Positions 13,401 through 25,355 of a stretch of DNA of 64,000 bases are shown here, one piece after another (positions within the stretch are counted from its first letter, which is position 1; every line of letters starts with the position of its first letter). Location: assembly GCA_026936335.1 (NCBI GenBank), contig JAPMXV010000003.1, positions 310,001 through 374,000 on the forward strand, written 5' to 3'. Below the pieces are notes generated by a model. That model was not told the DNA's origin. It searched no databases and was given only the letters and a program-made list of their open reading frames with translations. A program made the position numbers and the translations under genes. Source of the DNA: Mantamonas sphyraenae STR306 (Eukaryota; Protista; CRuMs).

Positions 13401-15980
13401 TGCCGCTGCGCGCAAGGGTAGCCAGGAGGGCCAGGATGCGAGAGAGGAGACCCACGGGGTAGGAAGAGTCTGTGGCCATGCTCAGGAGGATGGGCACCAG
13501 ACCCTGGTCTATGTACACGTCGCAGGTCTGGTCGTCGCGGCTGCATTGGCGTGCAATCAGGGTGCACGCCTGCTCACGGTTGGCAGGCACATCCACCTGC
13601 AACTCTTGGATGAGCAGTTCGGCATCGGCGGGACGGACGGCATTCTGTTGTTGTGATGATGGGTCATCGGTGTCTGTGTCAAGGTCCTGGTGGCACAGAT
13701 TGTACATGACACTCATGCACAGCTGGCGCAGGAGGTGTTGGTCGGGTTGGGCGTGCATGAGGGCGAGGACACGAGAGTTTGCGTCAAAGGCGCGTATCTG
13801 GCGGGCACAGGCGTTGGAGAGGGCGAGGGAGGAAAGGGCGGCGGTGGCCTTTTCCAACACAGTGATGTCGCGTGATTGGGTGCGTGCCACAACCTTGAGC
13901 AGATGGGAGTGGATGTGTGCATCGCACAGCTGCTCGCGCACATCGTCGCTCTGGGCAATCTTCCACACGAGGGCACAGGCCTGTGTGCAGACGGGCAAGT
14001 TGAGGGAAAACGTCTCGAGGATGGAGGAGAGGACGCGTGCACACTCTGTGGCCACAGATTCAAAGTCATCCTCAGAGCTGGCCATGTTGTAGAGGGCAGA
14101 GAGGGCCTGAAGCAACACGCTGGGACTGTTTGTGTGCATGCGCAGGACCTCGGCGACGAGAAAGAGGGTTTGGTTGTCCCTGAGCAGCTGGCGGATGTCT
14201 CTGTTGACAGCCATGCGACACAGCAGGTTGCAGACACGCTCTGCGTACGCGACCTCGGTGCCGTAGGCATGGAGAGTGAGGGCGATGCGTTGGGGCACTT
14301 CCAGGGCCTTGATGACGTCGCGGGCCGCCTCCTGCTCGCAGAGGACGTCGAGGGCGGTGAGGATCTTGAGACGCAGGCGTTGGTCTGCTGTGGAGCCGAG
14401 CATGGAGGTGAGTGTGCTGACAATGCTGGAGTTGTTGTGGTGGATGAGTTCCTGGAGGGCGTCCGGATGGGCAGCCATGTTTGTGGCCAACACACTGGTG
14501 AGTTTGACGATCATGCGTCGCTTGGGATGGGTGATGAGTGCGGTGTAGATGAGCGGGATGCCCTTGCAGCGGTAGATCTGCTCGTGCAGGTCGGGTTGGG
14601 CCGAGATGTAGGCCATGGCGAGCAGGGTGCGTTCGAGGATGACGTCCACGCGTGCATAGTATTGGGATAGTTTGATGAGCAGGGCGATGCCATCGACGCG
14701 TTTGTCCTCCCACTGTGCCATGTGATTTGTCTGCGAGGCAAGGTGGGCAAGCACGTACACGGCTCGTTCCACCAGTGACTGGTCTGTAAACAGGTCGTCC
14801 TGTTTGACGCACTTGAGGATGTCGTGGATGAGTCCCACCTCGGCCATGCCCTTTTTGTTCTTTTCGTCGGAAACCATGCCAAAGAGGCAGCCGAGGCAGA
14901 CAGAGACGAGGCGTGCGTCTGTGCGATACGTGGCCAACACAGAGCCGACAAACTCGATGCAGCCGTGTTGGCCAAGGCTACGCACGCATTGGTCCAGTTT
15001 GGAGGTGTTTGCAAACACGGCACACAGGGAAACGAGCAGCTCGCGGCGGACAAAGTGCACGCGGCCCACCTTGATCAGCTGCTTGCACATCCAATCTTCG
15101 ACCACGTGCACACGCACAGCCACATTGTTGGACAGGTTGAGCAGCGTGTCACAGCCGGTTTGCATCTGTGTAGCGTGTGTGCAAACGCAAGGTGTGGATA
15201 GACGAACGGGAGTGTCAGGAATCGAGTCGGGTGCCGTTTTCAGCATGGGGAAGGAGGGATGGCACACGGGCACTGGACAAAGAGGGACGCGTGTGCATCA
15301 TGCAATGCTGTGCACACTCACCAGTTCGGGGTTGTCTTCAAAGCCGCCCATAAAGGCGTCGAGGAAATCGAGCACATCGTTGGCGAGAAGGAACGCCTGG
15401 AGGTCCTTGTTCAAGGCGAGCACTTGCACACAGGTGCACACCGCAAGCTGAAGGGTGGCATCCTGGCGGAAAAAGCGACTGGCGTTCATCATGGCCTCGA
15501 TACCGCCACAGCGTGCGAGATAGCGGCGGTTCTCGTCTGCAACGGGCGGCGGTGGGGAGTCAGATCGGGGGGCTGGCGTTTGCGGGAAGGGGGGACATGC
15601 ACGCACCGGATTCGGCAGAAAGGCGGGCCAGAGTTTTGATGGCTTTGGTTTGGAGGTGTTTGTTGAGGGTGTCATCCGTCATCTTGTTGATGGTGCTGAG
15701 GAGCAGGAGCCGTTGTTCGTCGGCCTCCATGGACGACACCACGCGTGCAGTGCTCTCCACACTGCTGCCTTCCAGCAGATCGTCGTCGTCACTTTGTTCT
15801 GCCTGGGTGGATTGTGTGTGTGTGGCAGAGGAGGAGGAGGAGGAGGAGGCGGCCGCCGCCTGTTGGGCCGCTTTTATCTTGTCCGCCTGGTCCTCCGTGA
15901 CCACGACGCCTCGTAACTGGGCAAGGACGGGTGAGTGGGGAGGTGACAAAGGGATGGGAAGAGGAAGGAGGACGTACCAT
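10420..15980 (-). CDS. Large armadillo-repeat protein (exons 15980-15978, 15916-15607, 15536-15322, 15165-10420)
   Basis: More than 1600 aa of ARM-like helical repeats (e.g. GGIEAMMNAS, ALSALYNMA, VLSALRNMA) with a Ser/Lys-rich insert; splice phases are consistent. Confidence 0.8.
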
Positions 15981-16021
15981 GGTGGTGTTGGAAGCGCTTG
16001 CGCAGGCAGCAAAAGGGGTCG

Positions 16022-17449
16022 ATGCGGTTGGGCGTGTGGTTTGTTGCTCTGGTGTGGGTGGCCGGTGTGTCAGGATGGCTGTTGGACAGTGAAAGGGCAA
16101 GCCATATGTTTCGTGGGGGCAGGATGTGGTCTGGATGTGCCAACATCCACTTTGTGATGGCGGTGAAGACGAATCGGACGGCGCCCGTGTCGCTGGCACA
16201 ACGACTGCTGGACGAGCGTTTGGGGAACGAACACGCCGGGGAATACTGCAACGTGGATGGGCAGGGGGCCCATGGCCAGCGGAACGAGAGTGTGGGGACA
16301 GTGCGACGGTGGCGGGTGGTTCGGTCGGAAGGCTCCGGAGAGGTACTCGGGGTCACGTCGAATGGCCAGGATGTGGCACAGCTGCCGACACTCCATGCGG
16401 CAGGTGGCTACCGTGCAGTGCCTTATGTGCTTGGATGGGCGTTCCGGATGTCCATGGAGGTGTACGAAGAGGAATGGGGTGGGCAAGAGGAGAGCCGTCT
16501 GATCAACGCGCACACACGTGCCCTGGCGCTGAAGGCCGACGTGGCATGCGATCTGCGCATGCAACAGTGTTCAATGGACAGGCTGACAGGATTGGAAGGG
16601 AAGGAGGGTGGTGTGGAAAGGCGTCGTCGCGTGCGTGTGCTGTCGGCCAACTTTTACAACACCAACGGCGGGTGGAGGACACGCGTGAACAAACTGCGTG
16701 CGTTGATGGTGGAAGAGGCGGTGGATGTGGTGTTGCTGCAGGAGATGCGTTTCGAGAGTGGGCGGATGGAGCGATCGCAGGTGGCCGAGGTGATGCGCGG
16801 GCTGCCACGGGAGTGGGCGCATGTGCATGCGCCTGCCATGAGCTTTGCACACCAGCCAGGGTACAGGGAACACGAGGGGCTTGCGGTGCTGTCACGGCTG
16901 CCAATGACAGAGGTGCAGCGTTTGTGGTTGCCCAAGGGGGACGACGACGACAACCAACGGCTGGTGCTGATGGCCAGTGTGAATGTGGGCGCAGAGGTGC
17001 CGTTGCGTGTGTATGTGACGCATCTGAGCTTTGGGCAGGTGGCGCAGGAGGCACAGGCACGAGTGCTGCGCGCGTGGATGGCGAATAAGACGGCAGATGC
17101 GGGGATGCAGCTGCTTGCTGGGGATTTGAACGCAGAGCCAGACTCGGACACCATTCGGCATTTGCTGAGCGATGGCATGCGCGACAGTGTGGTGGAGGCG
17201 GGGGAGGTGGACCACGACGGAGAGGTGGAGTACAATGGATTCATGAACGGGGACACGTGGCTGGAACGTGGGCACACGTTCCATTGCGAGGCACCACAAA
17301 AGCGAATCGACTATGTGTTGGTGCACGGGGATGCGATGCGTGTGGCGAGGCACAGGCTGGTGGGCGACGTCGGAGAAGGGTGTGCACGTGTGGGAAGCGA
17401 CCATTTGTGGGTGCTGGTGGATGTGGATGTGGATGTGGGAGTCCATTGA
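16022..17449 (+). CDS. Secreted endonuclease/exonuclease/phosphatase (EEP) family protein
   Basis: Signal peptide MRLGVWFVALVWVAGVSG; EEP motifs SANFY, DVVLLQE, GLAVLSR, THL, AGDLN, RIDYVL, SDH. Confidence 0.9.
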   Translation: MRLGVWFVALVWVAGVSGWLLDSERASHMFRGGRMWSGCANIHFVMAVKTNRTAPVSLAQRLLDERLGNEHAGEYCNVDGQGAHGQRNESVGTVRRWRVVRSEGSGEVLGVTSNGQDVAQLPTLHAAGGYRAVPYVLGWAFRMSMEVYEEEWGGQEESRLINAHTRALALKADVACDLRMQQCSMDRLTGLEGKEGGVERRRRVRVLSANFYNTNGGWRTRVNKLRALMVEEAVDVVLLQEMRFESGRMERSQVAEVMRGLPREWAHVHAPAMSFAHQPGYREHEGLAVLSRLPMTEVQRLWLPKGDDDDNQRLVLMASVNVGAEVPLRVYVTHLSFGQVAQEAQARVLRAWMANKTADAGMQLLAGDLNAEPDSDTIRHLLSDGMRDSVVEAGEVDHDGEVEYNGFMNGDTWLERGHTFHCEAPQKRIDYVLVHGDAMRVARHRLVGDVGEGCARVGSDHLWVLVDVDVDVGVH

Positions 17450-17460
17450 CATGGGTCTGG

Positions 17461-18877
17461 TCACAATGAGGCCAGGGCAGTGCGTACGTCGGGGACGTCT
17501 GCGATGGAGTGGAGGAGGGGCAGGAGGTCGAGGAGGGCTGTGTCGGACGTGTCGTCGAACCAACTGGTGATGGCAATGGCATTCTCAGGGTGGAAGGCGT
17601 AGCTGTTGGGGCTGTTGTCAATGATGAGGGTGCGCGAAAGATCGCGGCCGAGGCGAGCAAGATCCTTGATGTAGGAGTTGTTGTGGTAGCAACAGGCCGG
17701 GCGGAAGAGACGACCCTCCACGACTTGATACTTGTCGAGGAGGTCGACGACGGGTTCGGCGTACTTGGAGAGGGAGGCGGTAAAGACGACCAGCTCGTAG
17801 TCGCTGGCGAGCTGCTTGAGGAAGGTGTCGACGTGGGGACGCTTGGACACGTAGATGCGGTGTGACTCGCGTTCGATTTGTACAGGAATAACATAGTCGG
17901 CGTTGGCCAGGTAGCGAAGGGAGCTGTGCACAAGGGTTTCGTCCAGATCGAGCACAAGCGTGGGCTTTGTGCCCTTGTGCGATGCCAGAGGCAGCAGCGA
18001 GCCCGTATTGTTGTAGTTTTTGGTCACCTGTGCCGAATCTGGCAAGGAGTGGTCCACGGGCGAACCACCGCGGCGTTTCTGCAGAATTTTTGTGTGTGGC
18101 CGCCGTGTGTGAGTTGCCACGCCGCTTTCTTTTGCTGTGTGGACAGGGTGCAACACACGGCGAGGGCAGGGACGGGTGGACAGGGGTGCGTATGGTCGTG
18201 TGGTGCGAATGGATGGCCTGTGCGTGTGTGGGAGGCGTGGAAGCGGAGGAACTCACTGCCAAATCTGGAATCGTCCCCGTGGTGGAGCGCTTTTTCCTGC
18301 CTCCAGAGGCCGAGGAGGAGGCGTTGGTGGGCAGTGGTTTGCGCGCACTGCTGCTGGACGAGGCGAGAGAGCTTTTGCTGGCGGCCGATGAGGATGAGGA
18401 GGCGGCAGAAAGGCCTGCGGTGGACGCAGAAGCTTCGGCAAGGGCGTTTCGTGAGTGGGCAAGCTGCTTGAGGCTGATCTCTTCGGCGCCGCCAGCCTGT
18501 GTGGAGGCGGAGCCCGAAGCAGCGGAAGAGCGTGTGCTGTCGCCCACCTGTGTGGACTCGCTGCTGAAGCAGCTGGCGAAGCAGGAGGACCAGCAACTGG
18601 AGGAGGAGGAGGAGGAGGAGGAAGAGGTGGAGCCAGCAGCCAAGGAAGAAGTTTGCGGGCTTTTCCTCTGCTGGGCGGCGCCGGCAACCAGAGGCGCTGT
18701 GGAGGGCTGTTTGGTGTCGTGTTGGGCCTCCAAGTCGATGTGTTTGTCTCTCTCATGCCTGGCCTGCTCCTCCTCGGCCTGGATCTTGTCAAAGTCGGTG
18801 AGGGAAAGGGAGCGGCCGGTGCGCAGGAGTGTCTTTTCCTCGGCTCGCGTCACCTGCGTGAGCACTGAGGATGCCAT
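17461..18877 (-). CDS. CTDSP: CTD small phosphatase, SCP/PSR1-like FCP1/NIF domain (exons 18877-18257, 18027-17461)
   Basis: TLVLDLDETLVHSS, KRPHVDTFL, FTASL.KYA, YIKDL.RLGRDL, IIDNSP; Cys-rich CWSSCFASCF segment near the N-terminus. Confidence 0.95.
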
Positions 18878-19012
18878 TGGCTGCTACGGCAGAGGGGCCC
18901 GTTGAGGGGTGGGCAAAAGGGGGAGGGAGGGGAAGGGGGAAAGGTGGGTTGGGGAGAGATTGTGTGGGGTGGCGCAGGTGGCTGCAGCCAGACCCCTTGT
19001 GTGTGAATTGTC

Positions 19013-20001
19013 ATGTCCACTGTCAGCATCACATCAAAGTATGAAACGGGCGAGCGTTCCGAACGCGGCATCCCAGAGATCAAGTTTATCGTATGTTGGG
19101 CGTGGGGAGGGGGAGGTGGATGAGTGTGGGCCGTTGGGCCGTTTTCTGTGCAGGGCGATTTGCTGACGCGTGCGACGGTGCTGCGTGATGTGTTTTGGGT
19201 GTGGGGAACGTGTGGTGGGGCGTATGATTGTTGTTTGTTTGTGTGTGTGTGTCGGAACATGGTTGTGGTGGATCCGGGATGGTGTGGTGGGGTGGGACGC
19301 CTGTGTGTGATGATCAACTCCACAGGAGAACATTGGCGGGTTCCTGACCGGAGACGACACGACAGACGACGCCATCAACAAGCTGCAGGAGTACTACCAA
19401 AAGTACAAGCTGATGGAGATGAACCTGGTTGCACAGCGCTCGTCGTTGAAGCGCAAGATCCCAGAGATTGAAAAGAGCTTGGAGGCGATTGCCGTTCTGG
19501 CCAAGGGCGAGTCGTTTGAGACGCAGTACGAGGTGGCAGACCACATCTATGCCAAGGCAGAGGTGCAGAACACAGGCAGCGTGTGTCTGTGGCTGGGGGT
19601 AGGTTGTGGCGTGTGGGACGGGAGGGCGAGCGGGGGGCCAGGAAGCGGGGTGTTGGGAGGGGGGAATTTGGCGCGCGCTTTGACTCTGGGCGAATGCTGA
19701 CGCAGGGGCGATGCACACGCGGGGTACGTGGGCCACACGGTGACGTGGGACGGGCATGGGTGGGCACAATGGGTATGTGTGGACACAGGCCAACGTGATG
19801 CTGGAGTACACGCTGGAGGAGGCAGAGGAGCTGCTGCGCAGGAACCTGACGCAGGCCAACGAGAACCTGGAGAAGAATCAGGTGGATTTGGACTTTACCA
19901 AGGACCAGATCACCACGTGCCAGGTCAACATGAGCCGTCTGTACAACCACGAGGTGAAGCAGCGACGAAAGGATCAACAGGGGAAGAAGGGCGGCAAGTG
20001 A
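19013..20001 (+). CDS. VBP1: Prefoldin subunit 3 (exons 19013-19090, 19326-19598, 19789-20001)
   Basis: RGIPEIKFI, YQKYKLME, KIPEIEKSL, VCLWLG|ANVMLEY.LEEA, DQITTCQVNMSRLYN. Confidence 0.95.
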
Positions 20002-20097
20002 ATGGAGTGAATGGTGTTTGAACACAGAGAGAGAGTGTGTGTGTGTGGAGGGTGTTGATTGGGTGGCGGTGGTTTTGAATGTTGGTTTGCACACACT

Positions 20098-21427
20098 TTA
20101 GGTCGGGGTGGGGCTGCCGGCAGGGCAGAGGACAATCTTGGGCAGGAAGGTGTTGTAGGCGGCAGCGATGGCCAGGGCCATGAGACCCTCGATGATGGCA
20201 GCGCCCCAGTTCTGGTCCTGCTCGATCTCGTTGTCCAGGCGCTTGCCCGGGAGGAGGAAGCGGTCGACAAACAGGCGGATGAGAAAGAGGAAGATGGAGC
20301 CAAAGACAAAGGAAAAGGTGAATGCAAGGAGGGAGTCGGAGCCCTTGCGGATGGGGTTGGCCAGCAGCATGCCCAGTGCAATGATGGTGAGGCCAAAGCC
20401 GATGCCTGCGGCAGGGTTGCCCTTGACAATCTCGGCCATGTCGTCGTACTTGGTGCCAATCTGGTACAGGCGCATGAAAAGGACCAGGCAGACCTGGCCC
20501 AGAGCAAACCAAGTCACACAGGTGGCGAGGTCCTCCTGTGAATTGGGGCGGGGGAGAACCGGGTGGGGGGGGAAAAGAGGGTGAGTTTGCGCATCAATCC
20601 AGGAATCCAAAGCAAACAAAAAGGGCCAGCGGGAAGACGCGCCTGCAGGGGCGTAGGGAAGGGTGGGATGGTGTGTGGATACGCGTGCGGTGACGTACAG
20701 CAAAGTTGTCGGTGGTTCCAGTCATGGAGGCGCCTGTGATGAGGCCCGTGGCGATAAAGACGCCTGCTTCGAGGGCGCCGGTGGCGACGTTGGAGGAGGC
20801 GAGGGAGCTCTGGAGGTTGAAGCGGCGCAGGACGACCTTGTCGAGGATGAACTGGCACAGGAACTGGAGCACAAAGCCAAAGAGAGCCCAGAGGACGGCG
20901 TTGATGGTGGTGAGGCCTGTGTGCACACGATGTTAGCGGCCATGAAAAACAAACGTCACGCGCCAATTCCCTCTGGGAGCACGTTGTCACGCGTGCCAAG
21001 CCATGGTGGGGAATGGAAGCGACGCAGGGCCATGGTGGACGCAAGGAACAAGGGATGGAGAGGGCAGGGCGGGATGTGGCGACGTACCAATGTCAATGTA
21101 GTACTTGGAAAAGGCGCCCTGGAGGACAAAGCCAACGCTGATGAGCCAGCCGGCAAAGGAGATGCCCACAGACTTGTTGTCAGTCTCGGTGAGGGCCTTG
21201 TTGAGGTTGAAGGTTTGCAAAAGATAGTTGTTGCTGCGCTTGAGGATGTAGGGCAGGGTGTACACCATCTTGGCGATGGCCAGGAAGACGACAAAGAGAC
21301 ACAGGAAGATGAGGTTCTGCCACTGGAAGATCGAGATGGTGAGGGACAGGTCGATCAGGCGCTCAGACAGAGGCACGTCTGGGAAGGTGCCGTACTGAAA
21401 GGTCTCGTCGTTGTTGTTGTTGGACAT
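20098..21427 (-). CDS. Multi-pass DUF350-like membrane protein, paralog 1 (exons 21427-21088, 20916-20699, 20535-20098)
   Basis: Repeated units DNKSVGISFAG, SNVATGALEAG, GNPAAGIGFG, LDNEIEQDQNWGAAIIEG typical of DUF350 repeats. Confidence 0.8.
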
Positions 21428-21568
21428 TGCGAGGGACCGGGGGGGGGTTTTTGGTTGGAGCGGGTCGAGCCCGTGCGGGATTTCATTGTGGTTGTCTTGT
21501 CTCGATCCCTTGTGGCAGCAAAGCCAGGGATGGTTGGGAAAACTGTACAAAGAGATGTGGATTTGGAT

Positions 21569-22910
21569 TTACCAGAAGGAGATGCTGCTCTTGCCGCCGG
21601 GCGGGTTGGAGGTGCGCACCGAAGTGTGCGGCTGGTTGGTGTTGGACTGCTGCTGCACGTTCTTGTTGGACGAGTTGTCGTCGTGGCTCAGCCAGTCGCC
21701 CGAGGTGGTCTCGTTGGTCTTTTTGAAGCTGGCAGCGTACTCGTCGGTGGTGGTGTTGTTTGCTGTGCTGTTGTTCTGTGGGGTGGGTTGGGGGGGGGGT
21801 GTCAGACGAGGTGGTTCGCAGGAGACGGTGGGGAAGCTGGACTCACTTGCGAGCTCACCTCACTGTCCGTGAACGCATTGTACTCCGAGTTGCCAAGGAA
21901 GATGGAGGAGCGTCCGCCGGGGGCCTGGTGAACCTTGACAAAGCGGCGGGAATCAGACACACCGGTCTCGTGGGTGCGGGGCTGCACGTAGCTGCCCTTG
22001 GTCTCGTAGGTTGTCTGCTCCTGCTCCTGCTCCTGCTCCTGCTTCTTCTCCACCTGGGCCTCCTCCTCCTCGTAGCCGCCGAGGGAGAAGGAGCTGGTGC
22101 TCTTGTAGGTCTGCTTCTGCTGGGGCTTCTCCTCGGGCTCATCGTAGCCGCCGAGGGAGAAGGAGCTGTTGCCACCCGGGGCCGCATGGACCTTGATGAA
22201 GCGGCGCGAGTCGGAGACGCCGGTCTCGTGGGTGCGCGGCTGGACGCTGCTGCCGGTGGACTTTTGCTCGGGCTCCTCGTAGTTGCCCAGCGAGAAGGAG
22301 GACTGGTTGTTGTTGCCACGGCGCGTGTACGACGGCTGCTCGTCCTGGGTGGTGTCCTGGGCATACGAGTAGGTCGACTGCTGCTGCTGCTGCTGCTTCT
22401 GCTGCGGCTTCTCCTCGGGTTCGTCGTAGCCGCCCAGCGAGAACGACGAGTTGCCGCCCGGTGCTGCATGCACCTTGATGAAGCGACGCGAGTCGGACAC
22501 TCCGGTCTCGTGGGTGCGGGGCTGGGCATACTGTGGCGTGTGTGTGTGGGGGGGGCGGTGTGAGTGCTGGGAACAGGTGTCGGACAGCCGTTTTGAACAC
22601 GGGCGCCAAAAAGCTTTTCGCGCGCAAAAGAAACGGTTTCTTGTGCACGGAACCCGTCAGGAATCCGTCCGGCGGCATGCAGCATGCAGCGGGGCACATG
22701 GATGGCACAGTTGCGTGTACACATGCTCGCTGCAATGCACTGGGGCGTTGGATACGTGCATGCATGTCTACTTACGCCGCTGGTGGACTCGTCGTTGCCG
22801 AGGCTGAATTGCGACTGGTTCTGCGAGCGAGAGCGCTGCTGCTGCTTGGGCTCCTCCTCGTAGTCGCCAAAGATGTTGGATGTTTGATAGCTCGGGTGAC
22901 GGCTGGCCAT
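21569..22910 (-). CDS. Jupiter/HN1-SPIRAL1-like microtubule-associated repeat protein (exons 22910-22776, 22530-21847, 21775-21569)
   Basis: Three copies of QPRTHETGVSDSRRF(I/V)KVH(A/Q)APGGxSS, plus SNIFG near the N-terminus and C-terminal NPPGGKSSISFW*. Confidence 0.8.
21900..22525 (-). repeat. Three intragenic near-identical coding repeats (~80-110 bp conserved cores)
   Basis: CCGGTCTCGTGGGTGCG occurs at ~21962, ~22221 and ~22502. Confidence 0.85.
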
Positions 22911-23007
22911 TATTGAATGGATTTGTGTGTGTGTAGAAATTGGGGTTGGGGGGGCTGGCGCACGGCTTGCGCATCCACATTTTGCACATTTTTTCGTGAG
23001 GTTCATT

Positions 23008-24508
23008 TCAGGGTTTGGCATTGCCACCAACAACGACAGAGAGGAGGGGCGACGGAGCCTGGAGCACAGAGAGGACGACGCCGCCGTTGCCGTTTTCGCC
23101 GTACATGAGATGGTTCCTGTCAACGAGGCCGCCGCCAGAGGTGGAGACGGTGGGCATGTGCATGGTGTGCTGGCTCATGGAAGCCGAGACGTGGACAGTG
23201 TCGAACTGGACGTCGCCCTGCATGGTGGGCTGTGTGCATGTGGTTGCGTCGGCACCCGTGCACGCCAGCAGGCCGCACAGCTGCGCCACAAAGGGTTTGG
23301 CAAAGTGAAGGGTTCCATCAAAGGCCATGACGGCGTAGGTTTGGTGCTGGCCGAGCGACGAGGCGGCGGTGGTGAAGCTGACGTTGCATACGACGTCGCC
23401 GTGGCTCACCGAGACAGCAGCGTGGCCATGGACGCCAGGCTGCACGGTGGCACACACCCCAGGGATGAAGCCTCCACAGGGCGCCCCTGCGCGTGGGAGG
23501 TGGACTCGTGTGGGTGGAGAGTGAGTGGGTGGCGGTCGTTTGGTGGGGGTGGTGGGCACGTCTGCGACCAGCATGTACTCGTCCTGGGCCACACTGGCGT
23601 TGTAGCGCCAGGCCAGGGGTGTGCCGTCGACATAAATGCCGGAACCAGCCTCTGGGGCGGCTGCCGAGTTGCTGGCGAGGAGGGTGGTGTAGGTGCGCAG
23701 GGACCAGGCCTGCTGGATCTGCACCGCACCCATCCACGGGTAGGTGTTGAACCAGGACGACGAGAATGCATAGTGGATGACGCCGTCGTGGAGCAGCGTG
23801 CGTGTGGGCTCCACAAAGTCGATGTCAAAGCAAACAAACACCCCGAAGCGTTCGCCCACACTGCTGTCCGTCACAGCCACCGCCTTGCTTTCCTGAGGCT
23901 CGTCAAAGATGCCCGCGGGCACCCAAAGGTGCTGTTTGTGGTAGGTGGCACGCAGCACGCCCTTTTGGTCAAAGACGGCTTCTGTGTTGAGCTGCCTGCG
24001 TCCGTCTGCCGGACAGCCATCCACGCCTGCCGTGCATGGTTTGTACTCACAGAGATTGGCCACAAGCATGAGATTGTGTGCTTGTGCCATGCATGCCAGG
24101 CCGTTGAAGAGTGTGGCGTCCGTGGCGTTGGTTGGATCGCAGGTGAATCCGTCAACCACGCGTTCACACAGCCGGAATTCTGCATCTCGGCTGCGCACGT
24201 CCAGACCCAGACCGGCTTCGGGAAAGACGATGATGTCGACGCCCTGTGAGGCTGCAGTTTGGGTGTAGGACTGTTGGAGGGGGGGGGGGGGTGGGCAGGG
24301 GGGGTCAGTGGAAATTCCGGAGAAATGGAAGTTCGGGGGGGCAACGTACGTGATACGCAGCCAGGTTGTGCTGCTTGATGACCTGTGCAGAGTCACTCTG
24401 CATCCACGGGCTGTAGGAGACCACTGCGGCACGATAGTCGCCGTGGGCAGTGGCCACGCAGACTGCAAGGATGAGGAGGAGGGGGAGCCGAGGCAGTGTT
24501 GCGTTCAT
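23008..24508 (-). CDS. Vanin/biotinidase (pantetheinase) family nitrilase, secreted (exons 24508-24350, 24270-23008)
   Basis: Signal peptide; YRAAVV; catalytic triad DIIVFPE, YHKQHL, FVCFDI; QQAWS, GSGIY. Confidence 0.9.
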
Positions 24509-25250
24509 TTGGGTGTGGGTGGGCAGGCAAGATCGGCATGTGCCTTTCGCAGGTGGTCGCCCACCTGGTATCTGTGTACAGTGAGTGGTTGCTCAATGGC
24601 CGCGTCGCCGAGGATGGAGGTGTAGAGACGGCGTTGCCAGCGTGGCATGCGTGATAACCTGTCGTCAAGCTGCTCTCGTAGGGTGGGTGGCACGGGAGGA
24701 CGCACAGCAAGGCGGTCGTGGCGTCGTTTGCGCTTCAGCTTGCGTACTTGTCGCTTGCCGCGTGCCGCTTCTTCTGCGGCGGCTTCGTTCAGCTGGCGGT
24801 GAACGCGTTGCACGGTGGCACGGTCCACGCTGCCTCGCAAGACAATGCCTGGTTCGTCCAACCAGCCGATGTCTTTGTATGGTTGCAGGAGCATGTGTTT
24901 CACCCTGCCACGGACCCCGTACGCCAGTTCGAGGATGTCCACCATGTCCTGGCGGTGTCGACGGCCCCCGTTGGCTCGTTTGACTCTGTGAGGAAAGGGA
25001 GGGTGGTGAGTTGCCAACTGGGTGATTGCACGTGGCATGGACGGGCTGGGGATGCGTACTTGCGCAGGAGGCGGCGGCCTCGTTTGAGGGATTCCCGCAC
25101 GCGTCGCTCGTCCTGGTCGTCCTTGCGACGGTGAAACTCGCCCAGAGTGCGTTCGTAGATGTACGCTTGGCCCACGGGGTCAAAGAAGCGTCGGGATTGG
25201 CGGAGGAGGTCCCGGAACAGCCGCAGGCGGTCTCGGGTAGCCTCCGACAT
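24505..25250 (-). CDS. LYR-motif mitochondrial protein, Complex1_LYR_2/Cup1-like (exons 25250-25060, 24985-24505)
   Basis: LRLFRDLLRQSRRF..F, followed by KRANGG..ILELAYGVRG as in fungal LYR_2 proteins. Confidence 0.75.
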
Positions 25251-25355
25251 GAGGATGGGTTGGGTTGGGTTGGGTTGGGTGGATGAGGGTGTGGTTGTAT
25301 TGTGCAGTTGAGTGTGTGTGGGAGGGGAGGGGGGAGGGGAGGGGGAGGGGGGTGT

